Assembly (NCBI GenBank): GCA_005222975.1
Contig: NJBI01000062.1
Span: forward strand, 1-17,946
From: Promethearchaeota archaeon Loki_b31
GTDB taxonomy: Archaea; Asgardarchaeota; Lokiarchaeia; Sigyniarchaeales; SOKP01
Direction: 5' to 3'
Length of the DNA: 17,946 nt
Shown: positions 7,442 to 17,518 of the stretch, in pieces
Layout of the letters: the number at the start of each line of letters is the position of its first letter
Position numbering within the stretch: position 1 is the first letter of the stretch
Position numbers and translations under genes: made by a program
The notes under the pieces: model-generated
Database searches by the model: none
Told to the model about the DNA's origin: nothing
The model's input: the letters and a program-made list of their open reading frames with translations, nothing else

Positions 7442-7819
7442 TTATTGATTACTTTTGGTTTTTAATGATAATAAGTCTGAATCTCCAAAATCGTTGACTC
7501 CAAGAATAGATATCATATAAGGTTTGCCCATTGCTAGACCTAACTCCCACGAAGAGCCATGATATCTGTGAATGAAGAGATTATTGTTCATAAGAGAGTT
7601 ATAATAACTTAATTGAGCGTCTAATTCGGCCGGACAGTTGTTTGCGATGATAAGCATCTTAAAGGGTTTTTGCCTTAGTTGACTAAGAACTTGGGATTTA
7701 CCAAATATCAATTTACCTGTTTTTAATGCAACTTTAATATTGGTATCAATATCAAATACTTTTACTTTCTTTCGAGATAAATCAACCGATTCTATCATCT
7801 TTTTGCTTTTCCTTGCCAT
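7442..7819 (-). CDS. rpl30e: 50S ribosomal protein eL30
   Basis: 'ALKTGK..FG', 'IIANNCP', 'Y.G.S.ELG...GKP...S.L.V.D.GDSDLL'. Canonical position after rpo1C. Confidence 0.95.
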   Translation of the reverse strand: MARKSKKMIESVDLSRKKVKVFDIDTNIKVALKTGKLIFGKSQVLSQLRQKPFKMLIIANNCPAELDAQLSYYNSLMNNNLFIHRYHGSSWELGLAMGKPYMISILGVNDFGDSDLLSLKTKSNQ

Positions 7820-7882
7820 CGACTTTTCAAATAGTATTCGTTTTAATTATCAATAATAAAGTAATAAAATAAATTCATAATA

Positions 7883-7898
7883 ATATAAAATTTTATCG
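7883..7898 (-). promoter_or_regulatory. Putative internal BRE-TATA promoter for rpl30e-nusA-rps12-rps7
   Basis: The minus strand reads CGATAAAATTTTATAT (purine-rich BRE-like element plus TTTATA) in the 88-bp gap, about 65 nt upstream of rpl30e. The AT-rich background limits confidence. Confidence 0.3.
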
Positions 7899-7907
7899 CT
7901 TGTTCCC

Positions 7908-9104
<1,197 letters not shown>

Positions 9105-9130
9105 CTATAACCTTAAAAATTTTTAAAAAT

Positions 9131-12061
9131 CTATCCTAATTTTTTTTTTTTCCATTCTAAATATCCTTTTGTGAGCTTACCTCGCCACACTACGTTTTTT
9201 CCTGTGTCTTTTTCGTATAATTCCCTTAATTCCTCGTCGCTTAGATTTTGATCTTTTTGATCAGGTTTGGGTTGTTTTTTAATATCTGGTTTTTTAGATT
9301 TTGTCGTTGCTTTTGGTTTTTTTGTTGTTGTTTTGATTTTTGGCGATTCTTTAATTTCTTCTCGAATTTGATTAATATCAAGATTTTTAGCCTTAAGTAT
9401 TAATACATCAAGATTTACAGCTGCAGAATGGTCAGTATGCATAGGATCTATGCCGTCATCACCATATCTAAACTGAATAATATTTTTGTCACTATTTCTT
9501 ACAGTCCCGTCGTTTTCAATTATCATATCTTGTAAAGCGTTTACAAGCCTTCTTTGCATATATCCACTTGTGGATGTACGAACTGCCGTATCTACAAGGC
9601 CCTCTCTCCCACCCATCGCATGGAAGAAGAATTCCGCTGGTTTTAACCCTTTTCGGTAAGAAGATTCGACAAAACCACGAGCTCGAGGGCTTAAATCATT
9701 TACTTTGAAATGAGGAAGTGCCCTTCCAATATATCCTCGATTAATTCGTTCGCCTCTAATCGCTTGTTGGCCTACAACGGCAGACATTTGTCCTAAATTT
9801 AATATATTTCCTCTCGCACCTGACTTTGTCATAATTACAGAATGAGCCTCATCTCCGATATACTCAGATGCTGTTTCTTCAGCCATTTTCCGCGCTTCTG
9901 CAAGTATTTGTCGAATTCTAAGTTCTAGCGTTTCGCGCATTGAGCGTCCAGGGGCTCTTTTTAAAATGGTGGTGTCATTTTCGATTAGGGCTTTTATTAA
10001 TTTTTGTGATTCGTCGTTAGCGTCTTCCAATATTTTTTGAATTTTTTCGTAAGCTTCTCCATGAACATATACTTCATCTAAGCCCATTGTCATTCCATTT
10101 TGTCGGATAATATACAATAACATTTTTGTAGCGCTATCTAAAAACTCTCTTCCACGAGCGTTTCCGTGGTCTTTAATTATTCTTTGTAAAATGCTATTAG
10201 GTTGCATAGCTCCAAATGAATTCTCGTCAATTGTTCCAGTTATTAATATGCCGTTTTTAATTACGACATATGCGTCGTACTGACAGTCTTCTTTTTCGCA
10301 TACATCGCATTTTTTGCAAAATTTTGATTTGACTTTTATATTCAAATCGTTAGGAAACAAAGTGCTAAAAATTTGTTTTCCGGAGTAGAGCGGTTCAGGG
10401 TCTGTTGTTATGGGAGTTAAATCTTCTAAATTAAATTCGGGCTTAGTCTTAAAAACATCTCCTAAATAGAATAACTTTAAAGCATCTTTTTTGTTATAAA
10501 GTGAATTTAAACTGGTAAACTGAAAAACTGAAGAAATAAAATCTTGAATTCCTCCAAGAATTGGTCCGCCAAATCGTGGAGATAAAATATGCTCTTGAAC
10601 TTTGAGTAATAATTCAGCTTCCGTTCGAGCCTCTTCACTTTGGGGAACATGCAAATTCATTTCGTCGCCATCAAAATCAGCATTATAAGGTGGACAAACT
10701 GTTAAATTCAATCGGAATGTTTTACCTTCCATGATTTTTACTTCATGAGCCATAATAGACATTCTATGAAGAGAAGGTTGCCGATTAAATAATACCAGAT
10801 CGCCGTCTGCTAAATGGCGCTCAACAGTAAATCCAGGAGCAAGCATCTCAGCAATAATTTCTCGATTTTTAACGTATCGTAGGTCTACTCTTCTACGATC
10901 GGTTCTAATTATATAGTTAGCTCCCGGATGGTCGAATGGTCCCTTTAAAACCAATTGTTTCATTTCTTCAATATTCCAATCGTTAATATTAGTTGGAATA
11001 GTTAAGACTTTAGCAATGGCAATCGGTACACCCACTTCGTTAATACTGACATAAGGAGATGGTGATATTACTGATCGCGCGGAAAAATCAACTCTTTTCC
11101 CGCTAAGGTTACTTCTAAATCTCCCTTCCTTTCCTTTTAATCTTTGGGTGAGTGTTCTCAATGCCCTTCCCGAGCGATGTCTTGCTGGAGGAATTCCTGA
11201 CACTTGGTTATCCAAATAAGTAGTTATGTGATATTGGAGCAATTCCCATAAATCCTCAACAATTAAGTGAGGGGCACCAGCGTCAATATTTTCTCTTAAT
11301 CTTTGATTAATACGAATAACATCAACTAATTTATGAGTTAAATCATCTTCAGATCTGATTCCACTATCTAATGTAATTGAAGGTCTCGCACAAACGGGGG
11401 GAATCGACAATACTGTAAATATAACCCATTCAAGTCTTGCGTTTTCAGGAGATACACCTAAGATCCTAAGATCGTTATCAGGTATTTTTTTAAGGCGTTC
11501 TAAAATCTCAATAGGCGTTATTCTATGAGAACCCTTATTTTCCTCCTCTTCGTAATAAGTTGTAGGTTTTTCGATTACAATCTTCTTCTTTTTAGCTCCA
11601 CAATAAGGACAAATTTTACTCTTTCGCGCAAGCTTGAATACAAGTTTAGTTGCTTCTTCATCCACTTCATAGTATATCTTTCTGTGTTTTATTTGTTCTT
11701 CTCTAAAACCTTCAATTTCTTCTTCTGTTAGCATTAACCTCGAACATTCTGGACAGATGCTTCTTAAAACTTTTAACACTTTTTTCGCATATCCGACATG
11801 GATTACGGGACGGGCGAGTTCTATATGACCAAAGTGTCCCATACAGTTACTTACGAGGTTACCACAAGTCTGACATCTCTGTCCTGGCTCGATAGTTCCT
11901 AAACGTTGGTCCATAAGCCCACTAGGTATGGGCAGTCCATCTTCATCATATGTATCGGCTGTTATTATTCTAGCAGCAGACATTTTTCTAATCTCATCGG
12001 GGCTTAACAACCCGAATTTGATTTTATCAATTAATTTAGTACGACTAAACGAGTAGCTCAT
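9131..12061 (-). CDS. rpoA1: DNA-directed RNA polymerase subunit A' (Rpo1N) with C-terminal extension
   Basis: Zn sites (CQTCG....C.GHFGH; CPEC...CPYC), 'RLKGKEGRFR.NL.GKRVDFSARSVISP', 'LFNRQPSLHR', catalytic 'YNADFDGDEMN' and bridge helix 'GGREGLVDTAVRT..SGYMQRRL'. SD-like GGGTGA upstream. Confidence 0.98.
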   Translation of the reverse strand: MSYSFSRTKLIDKIKFGLLSPDEIRKMSAARIITADTYDEDGLPIPSGLMDQRLGTIEPGQRCQTCGNLVSNCMGHFGHIELARPVIHVGYAKKVLKVLRSICPECSRLMLTEEEIEGFREEQIKHRKIYYEVDEEATKLVFKLARKSKICPYCGAKKKKIVIEKPTTYYEEEENKGSHRITPIEILERLKKIPDNDLRILGVSPENARLEWVIFTVLSIPPVCARPSITLDSGIRSEDDLTHKLVDVIRINQRLRENIDAGAPHLIVEDLWELLQYHITTYLDNQVSGIPPARHRSGRALRTLTQRLKGKEGRFRSNLSGKRVDFSARSVISPSPYVSINEVGVPIAIAKVLTIPTNINDWNIEEMKQLVLKGPFDHPGANYIIRTDRRRVDLRYVKNREIIAEMLAPGFTVERHLADGDLVLFNRQPSLHRMSIMAHEVKIMEGKTFRLNLTVCPPYNADFDGDEMNLHVPQSEEARTEAELLLKVQEHILSPRFGGPILGGIQDFISSVFQFTSLNSLYNKKDALKLFYLGDVFKTKPEFNLEDLTPITTDPEPLYSGKQIFSTLFPNDLNIKVKSKFCKKCDVCEKEDCQYDAYVVIKNGILITGTIDENSFGAMQPNSILQRIIKDHGNARGREFLDSATKMLLYIIRQNGMTMGLDEVYVHGEAYEKIQKILEDANDESQKLIKALIENDTTILKRAPGRSMRETLELRIRQILAEARKMAEETASEYIGDEAHSVIMTKSGARGNILNLGQMSAVVGQQAIRGERINRGYIGRALPHFKVNDLSPRARGFVESSYRKGLKPAEFFFHAMGGREGLVDTAVRTSTSGYMQRRLVNALQDMIIENDGTVRNSDKNIIQFRYGDDGIDPMHTDHSAAVNLDVLILKAKNLDINQIREEIKESPKIKTTTKKPKATTKSKKPDIKKQPKPDQKDQNLSDEELRELYEKDTGKNVVWRGKLTKGYLEWKKKKLG

Positions 12062-12155
12062 AAATCCAAATCACCCTTAGATTTTAGATTAACAATATAA
12101 TACAATAAAGAATAAGTTAACAAGTTCTGCACTATAAAGAATTTAAGCAAGCAAA

Positions 12156-12171
12156 TATTAAAAATTTTTCG
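12156..12171 (-). promoter_or_regulatory. Putative BRE-TATA promoter of the rpo1N operon
   Basis: The minus strand reads CGAAAAATTTTTAATA, matching the archaeal BRE (CGAAA) plus TATA arrangement about 95 nt upstream of rpo1N. rpo1N is first in its unit, so it needs a promoter in this gap. Confidence 0.4.
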
Positions 12172-12250
12172 GATTAGGCATTTTTTTATCTTTTATTTTA
12201 TTAATTTATATCAAAGAGTATAATTTATAGATATTTTTAATTAATTAGTG

Positions 12251-12859
12251 ATGAAGATAAAGAATTATTTTAAAAGTAAATTAGTGCTTTTCATTATTCA
12301 AATCTTAATTTTAAGTTCATTAATGTCTATATTTCATTATAACTCTCAAATCGAGTTTACTAACTCAATTTCAGAGGAAAGAAAGTTGATAATCCAACTT
12401 CTTTCAAATTATATTATGTATAACAATAGCTTTGGTTTTATATACGTATATATTACTTGGATTTTAGTATCACTAATACCAATTTTTATTTTTAAGGATT
12501 TCAAGAAAGCTTATTCTATGAATTTACTCGCATTCTTTTTTCCTAACTTCTTCTTTTACGTTTTTTATTACCGGTACTCAGAAACAGATTTTAATGCTCT
12601 TTTTCCTTCACTTATTATAAAAACAATCATTTTGGGTATTACGATCGTAATTATTTCGATAGGGTTATCGTTAATCTTAAAATTTTTTAAACGTTTTAGA
12701 AAAGAAACAAAAGAAGATAACTTAAAGCAAATAGAACTTCAAAGTAAAATAACATGTCAGAATTGTGGAACGGAATTTAATTCAGTTCCCAAATATTGCT
12801 ATAATTGTAATAATCTTTTAATAAACGAGTTAGGGGAACACATTGGATATAAAAAGTAA
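12251..12859 (+). CDS. Membrane protein (about 4 TM helices) with C-terminal zinc ribbon
   Basis: Four hydrophobic segments followed by a basic stretch and 'CQNCGTEFNSVPKYCYNC' (CxxC-x10-CxxC). Start at GTG 12248 or ATG 12251. Confidence 0.75.
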   Translation: MKIKNYFKSKLVLFIIQILILSSLMSIFHYNSQIEFTNSISEERKLIIQLLSNYIMYNNSFGFIYVYITWILVSLIPIFIFKDFKKAYSMNLLAFFFPNFFFYVFYYRYSETDFNALFPSLIIKTIILGITIVIISIGLSLILKFFKRFRKETKEDNLKQIELQSKITCQNCGTEFNSVPKYCYNCNNLLINELGEHIGYKK

Positions 12860-14312
12860 TACAAATTCTTTAGAACTATTATTTAAACCAACAAATGTAT
12901 TAATTATTGAAGCGAAACCAAAAATTGCTTTTTTTATTGAAGGCTTTATTAGACAAGGATTTGATTTAGAAAAACTTTACTTAGTTTCACCCAAAGAAGA
13001 TGAACTTTTAGGAATAAAATGTTTTAAATCTATTGACGATGTTCCAGCCGATACGATAGATTTACTGATTTTATCCATTAGAAGAGAGATTGTAGTTCAA
13101 AATTTAAAAGATTTATTATCTAAAAAGAAAATAAATTTTGTTCATATTTTTACTGCTGGAACTGCAGAATCTGACGAAGTAGGACTTAAAATTGAACGGG
13201 ATTTAAAAGAAATTTTAATGAATTATCCAGAAACCAGAAGCATAGGACCAAATTGTATGGGTCTGTATTGTCCACGCGGAAAAGTAGCGTATTACTCCTC
13301 TTTTCCGGTTGAAAGCGGGAATATAGGCTTAATCTTCCAATCGGGAGATTTGCATTCCAAAATGGTTAAATTTAGTTCTCGAAGGTACAACCTAAGATTT
13401 TCAAAGGGAGTAAGCATAGGTAATTGCATTGACATACAAGTTTCTGAACTTTTACAATATTTCAACGACGACGACGAGACTGATTTGGTTTGTGTTTACT
13501 TCGAAGGTTTATCCACTTTGCATGAAAATGAAGGGAAAAGGTTACTAAAAGCGTTTAAAGATACAAAAAAACCAATACTTTTTATGCGAGGGGGCAGAAC
13601 TGAACGAGGCCAGACAGCAGTTTTAACTCATACAGGCTCAATGGCGTCTAAACACAAGATTTGGGACGCAATCTTTAACCAAACAACGATTATCGAAATA
13701 CCACCATCATTAGATGAGCTGATTGATTACGCTTACCTTTTTTCAAATTATATAAAAAAGTTTAAAAAATTAAGTAAAAAAGTTATCTATCCATCAGGTA
13801 AAAGGGCTTTAGTTGTTCTATGGTCCGGAGGATTTGGAATATTGGCAACCGATACTTTAACAGAATTAGGCTTGGAATTACCATTGTTCGAAGGGGAAAA
13901 GTTAGAAAAACTGAAAAAAATTTACCCCATCAAAATCGGTAGTTTATCTAACCCTTTTGATATGCCATGGGTTACTGCGGATAAAGTATTTCTAGAGGTA
14001 TGCAAAGTAGCGATAGATGATGATATCGATTTAATTATAGTAGAAACCGACGCTTGGAGGGATTTAAACGATGTTAGGTTTAAGGGTTATTACAACAATT
14101 TACAGGGTATAAAAACATATGCTGAATCCTTAGAAAAAGTTTTTATCATTATTCTTCATCAATATCCAAGCGAATCTCGAGCAATTTTCCACGATAAGCT
14201 AGTTGAAGATGGATTTTTAGTGTATCCCTCAATAGAAAGTGCTGCAAAATCTTTCCTAAATTTATATAAATATGGTCAGAAGAGAGAACAGTTGTTTGGT
14301 AGAATAAATTAA
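12843..14312 (+). CDS. Acyl-CoA synthetase (NDP-forming) alpha-subunit-like CoA-binding protein
   Basis: 'LF.P..V.II', 'SIDDVP...DL', 'TAG.AE', 'IGPNCMG', 'G..G...QSG', 'FSK.VS.GN..D', 'GG.TE.G..A..THTGSMA' (phospho-His position), 'SGG.G..ATD' and 'NP.D'. The TTG start has an SD-like AGGGG and overlaps the upstream gene by 17 bp. Confidence 0.88.
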   Translation: MDIKSNTNSLELLFKPTNVLIIEAKPKIAFFIEGFIRQGFDLEKLYLVSPKEDELLGIKCFKSIDDVPADTIDLLILSIRREIVVQNLKDLLSKKKINFVHIFTAGTAESDEVGLKIERDLKEILMNYPETRSIGPNCMGLYCPRGKVAYYSSFPVESGNIGLIFQSGDLHSKMVKFSSRRYNLRFSKGVSIGNCIDIQVSELLQYFNDDDETDLVCVYFEGLSTLHENEGKRLLKAFKDTKKPILFMRGGRTERGQTAVLTHTGSMASKHKIWDAIFNQTTIIEIPPSLDELIDYAYLFSNYIKKFKKLSKKVIYPSGKRALVVLWSGGFGILATDTLTELGLELPLFEGEKLEKLKKIYPIKIGSLSNPFDMPWVTADKVFLEVCKVAIDDDIDLIIVETDAWRDLNDVRFKGYYNNLQGIKTYAESLEKVFIIILHQYPSESRAIFHDKLVEDGFLVYPSIESAAKSFLNLYKYGQKREQLFGRIN

Positions 14313-14394
14313 TGTTCAAGGTAAATTAATCTTGTAATATTGCTCAAAAAGTTTTATTTTAGTTTGAAAAAAATTTTAGAGAATGTGCAGTTTT

Positions 14395-15372
14395 ATGGTT
14401 GGAGAATTACTAGCAATTTTGGCAGTCCTAACTTTTGTAGGATCAAATGTGCTCTATCGAAAGACAGAGCGTTATGCGAGCCCTATTTTTATTAATTTCT
14501 TTCGTACTGCTCTCGGCACTATAACATTTTTCCTTGTTGCCGTTGTCTTAGGAATCCTTCCTTATCTTTTGTTACTCCCATGGGAATTGTGGGTAATTTT
14601 ATTCGTTAGTTTTCTTTTTGGCCAGGTAATCGGTGATACGGCTTATTTTAAAGCACAAAAAGAACTTGGTACGACAATTGCTTTAGCAGTTTCCATGACT
14701 TTTCCTCTTTTTACTTTTATTCTATCATTAATTTTTCTGAATCGCCCTTTTGAAATAAAGATGATTCTGTCGCTAATTTTCATTGGACTGGGGATAATAA
14801 TTATAGGAAAATATAAAATCAAAGCTGAAAGTAATAATTCATTAAAAACAAATTCAGAAAATTTCCGATGGAAAAAAAAATTACATGAGATAATAGCGCA
14901 TACTTCTATTAAAGCTATTGGCTATAGTTTAGCCGCATCCCTCGGATGGGCTATTGGCCTAGTTATTATTGACTATGCAACAAACCAGATTGACCTGATT
15001 TTAAATGCTGAAGGAGTTAGTTCAATCGTTAGTAATGTAATTCGATTTCCATTTGCTTTAGCTATCTTAATATTAATGGTATGGAGAGAAAAGAATGCTG
15101 CCGATCGTAATCAAACTATTTTTTCTCTAAAAAAACCCTCTCAGACATGGTTAATTTTACTTTTAGCGTCAATTATTGGCACCTCTTTAGGAGCTTATTT
15201 ATATACTGAAGCTACTCGCACTGCTGGTGCCATTGTTATGTCATTATTAGCTAGTGCAAGCCCATTACTTTCGCTTCCTCTAACTTATTGGGTGAATAAG
15301 GAGAAAGTATCAATACAAAGTTTTTTAGGAATAATATTGACGATTATTGGTATAATCTTAATATTATTTTAA
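14395..15372 (+). CDS. DMT/EamA family transporter
   Basis: About 10 hydrophobic segments in two repeats with EamA hallmarks: 'P...NF.R', 'GDT.YF.A....G...A......PLFT..L...FL', and second-repeat 'LY..A....GA....LL....P...L......KEK.S.....G'. Start at ATG 14383 or 14395. Confidence 0.9.
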   Translation: MVGELLAILAVLTFVGSNVLYRKTERYASPIFINFFRTALGTITFFLVAVVLGILPYLLLLPWELWVILFVSFLFGQVIGDTAYFKAQKELGTTIALAVSMTFPLFTFILSLIFLNRPFEIKMILSLIFIGLGIIIIGKYKIKAESNNSLKTNSENFRWKKKLHEIIAHTSIKAIGYSLAASLGWAIGLVIIDYATNQIDLILNAEGVSSIVSNVIRFPFALAILILMVWREKNAADRNQTIFSLKKPSQTWLILLLASIIGTSLGAYLYTEATRTAGAIVMSLLASASPLLSLPLTYWVNKEKVSIQSFLGIILTIIGIILILF

Positions 15373-15444
15373 TTAAGATAAACTATCAAATTAAAAGTTT
15401 AAATCTAAATTCTAAAAAATCTCAAAATTGCTTTGAAAATATCT

Positions 15445-16023
15445 TTAGAGAATTTTATCGTACTTAAAATTATTAGTATCCATGATTAGTTTTATCATCT
15501 CTACAAACATTTCTTTAATGTTAACATTGTCTTTCGCAGACGTCTTAAAAAACAGTACTTTTTTGTGTTTATTCCTAAAATTCTCTATTACTAACTCATC
15601 TACTTTTTCAAGGCTACCAGCTAAATCACTTTTACAACCAATTAATAATTTCGGAGTGTCTTTTTGTTTTTGCTTAATTAGATGCTCGTACCACCAATCT
15701 AAGCCAAGTAAAGTGTTATTAAGGTTGAATAGGCTAAATACCATAAAAATACCGTTTGCTCCATTGATATAATAACTAAACATTTTTTTAAACTGTTCTT
15801 GGCCACCAAAATCCCATATACTCAAACGAATATACGTTTTATCGCCATCTACAACAAGAGGGATGTCATAAGTGTAAAAATCAATTCCTATAGTGAGTCT
15901 TGTGTTTGCGTCGAATGTATCAAAGCATAGTCTTCTTGCTATACATGTCTTTCCCACACCACCTTGACCCAGCAGACATATCTTAAATATATAATAAGGC
16001 TGGACTTTATGTTCTAATGTCAT
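15445..16023 (-). CDS. Ras-superfamily small GTPase, Rab-like (Asgard eukaryotic signature protein)
   Basis: G1 GQGGVGKT, G2/RabF1 TIGIDF, G3 IWDFGGQE, RabF4-like YYINGA, G4 GCKSD and G5 TSAK. No C-terminal prenylation Cys. Confidence 0.93.
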   Translation of the reverse strand: MTLEHKVQPYYIFKICLLGQGGVGKTCIARRLCFDTFDANTRLTIGIDFYTYDIPLVVDGDKTYIRLSIWDFGGQEQFKKMFSYYINGANGIFMVFSLFNLNNTLLGLDWWYEHLIKQKQKDTPKLLIGCKSDLAGSLEKVDELVIENFRNKHKKVLFFKTSAKDNVNIKEMFVEMIKLIMDTNNFKYDKIL

Positions 16024-16174
16024 TAAACTTCAACCGATAAATAAAGTGTAATAAAAATTAATGTTTTCTAGAAATAAACATTACAATCGGTTTTAAATCT
16101 TTATATCCTAAATTAAAAAAAATTTATTTCCAGATTACGAACCAAAAATAACTCCAGATACAATTGAAGATTAT

Positions 16175-16570
16175 TTGAGAGGGGCAAGCAAAGTCTACGA
16201 CATTCTTGCAGAAGTTGGAGAGTCAAGCTCTGGAAATTTGAAAAAGATTGTAAAATACTTTAAAAAATACGTTAAGAAAGCTATTAAAAACCCTGGTGGA
16301 TATCGGAAAGGTAACATCGCAATTGGAGCAGATTTTAGCCAATTTTACCCATCTGAAGAAGAACTATTAGCTTCCGAATTAGGCAAAATGATAGAAAAAA
16401 TCGTTAATTCACATTCCAGAGAAGAGTTTGAAAAAGTTAAAGTACAAGAAGGAATCAAATCTCAAAAAATTGAATTTAACGAAATTTACTTTAGACACGT
16501 TGATGTCATGGGATCGGGAAGATTCTTTTACGCAGAAAAAAGACCGGAAAAAAAGGAAGTAATAATATAA
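16175..16570 (+). CDS. Hypothetical protein (true start probably further upstream)
   Basis: 131-aa ORF filling the space between two minus-strand genes, with protein-like composition. The frame stays open upstream to 16112. No family recognised. Confidence 0.7.
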   Translation: MRGASKVYDILAEVGESSSGNLKKIVKYFKKYVKKAIKNPGGYRKGNIAIGADFSQFYPSEEELLASELGKMIEKIVNSHSREEFEKVKVQEGIKSQKIEFNEIYFRHVDVMGSGRFFYAEKRPEKKEVII

Positions 16571-16664
16571 CGAATTTAACGAATTGAATATATAAATAAA
16601 AAGAAAAAATAAATAATTAGATACTCAAATAATATTTTGTTGTTTGTTACATAGAAGGATTTTC

Positions 16665-17270
16665 TTAATCCCCCATAAGGCTCATATTTTCCACTAGAAC
16701 TTTGACCTCAGCAGTAGTTAGAGTAGGACTGACTATAAAATATTGATTCTCTTCAATCCATACCATGGTTAAAAGCGTATATTCTCCGTATTTTGCTATA
16801 AAGCTACTTTCACCTCCAGAGGAAGCTCTTTCATTTACTAGCACAGGCCAACCATTTATTTCAAATGCCTTTTCAAATTCAGCATGTATAATATTTGAGG
16901 ATAAATCATTATATGTTGGAATAGATTTAGCGCGTGATATTTGAATACCTAATTCTGCTGTTTTATAATCTTTATTTGACTCTGCACTATAAACAACTAT
17001 TGCAATAAAGGGGCTCTCTTTAAGATATATTGCAGTCATTTCAAATTTATTCGGAAGATCTGAAGGTAAATAAACGGCAATTTCATTTTTTTTCAAATAA
17101 TTTGTAAACTCGCTGATATTGACCTCTTTAGATGTTGCATAGAAATCTGGGGGAGTAGGCGTTGTATTTATGTTATTAGTGTTTAAAGTAATTAAAAAAG
17201 TAGATGCAAAAATTAATATAGTTAAGAGAGAAGCCGAACTTATCAAAAAAGATTTAGCATTTTTTCTCAA
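16665..17270 (-). CDS. Secreted or membrane-anchored protein, DUF4367-like
   Basis: Basic N-terminus, one hydrophobic helix and a T/P/N linker, then 'VYLPSDLP..F', 'INGWP' and 'VW.E....F.V...L...EV..LVE.M', which resemble the DUF4367 pattern. The TTG start is preceded by SD-like GGATGTGAT. Confidence 0.6.
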   Translation of the reverse strand: MRKNAKSFLISSASLLTILIFASTFLITLNTNNINTTPTPPDFYATSKEVNISEFTNYLKKNEIAVYLPSDLPNKFEMTAIYLKESPFIAIVVYSAESNKDYKTAELGIQISRAKSIPTYNDLSSNIIHAEFEKAFEINGWPVLVNERASSGGESSFIAKYGEYTLLTMVWIEENQYFIVSPTLTTAEVKVLVENMSLMGD

Positions 17271-17518
17271 ATTTAATCACATCCATGAGCATAGAACTCA
17301 TAATGAGAAATTGTTCTCGCCCATAATAAATCACGCTCTAACCATAGAATAAAAGGATAAATAAGTATAAAAATTTATGGAGTTGAAATTCCGGAACACA
17401 CTCCCTCGACTCTTAACTTTTAATGTTGGAACTTAAACTGAAGAACTAACAGAGTGTTTTATCACTCAAGTAAGATTATTTTATCTACATTTTTATTAAA
17501 TTGTGAATTATTTTGATC

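Noticed and set aside
16568-16585. Tandem repeat TAACGAATT x2
   Set aside because: Two 9-nt copies in AT-rich DNA with no spacers; not CRISPR-like and probably a local duplication.
15482-17352. ORF-track ORFs 15482..15772(+) and 17170..17352(+)
   Set aside because: Antisense to the GTPase and DUF4367-like genes, with no independent support.
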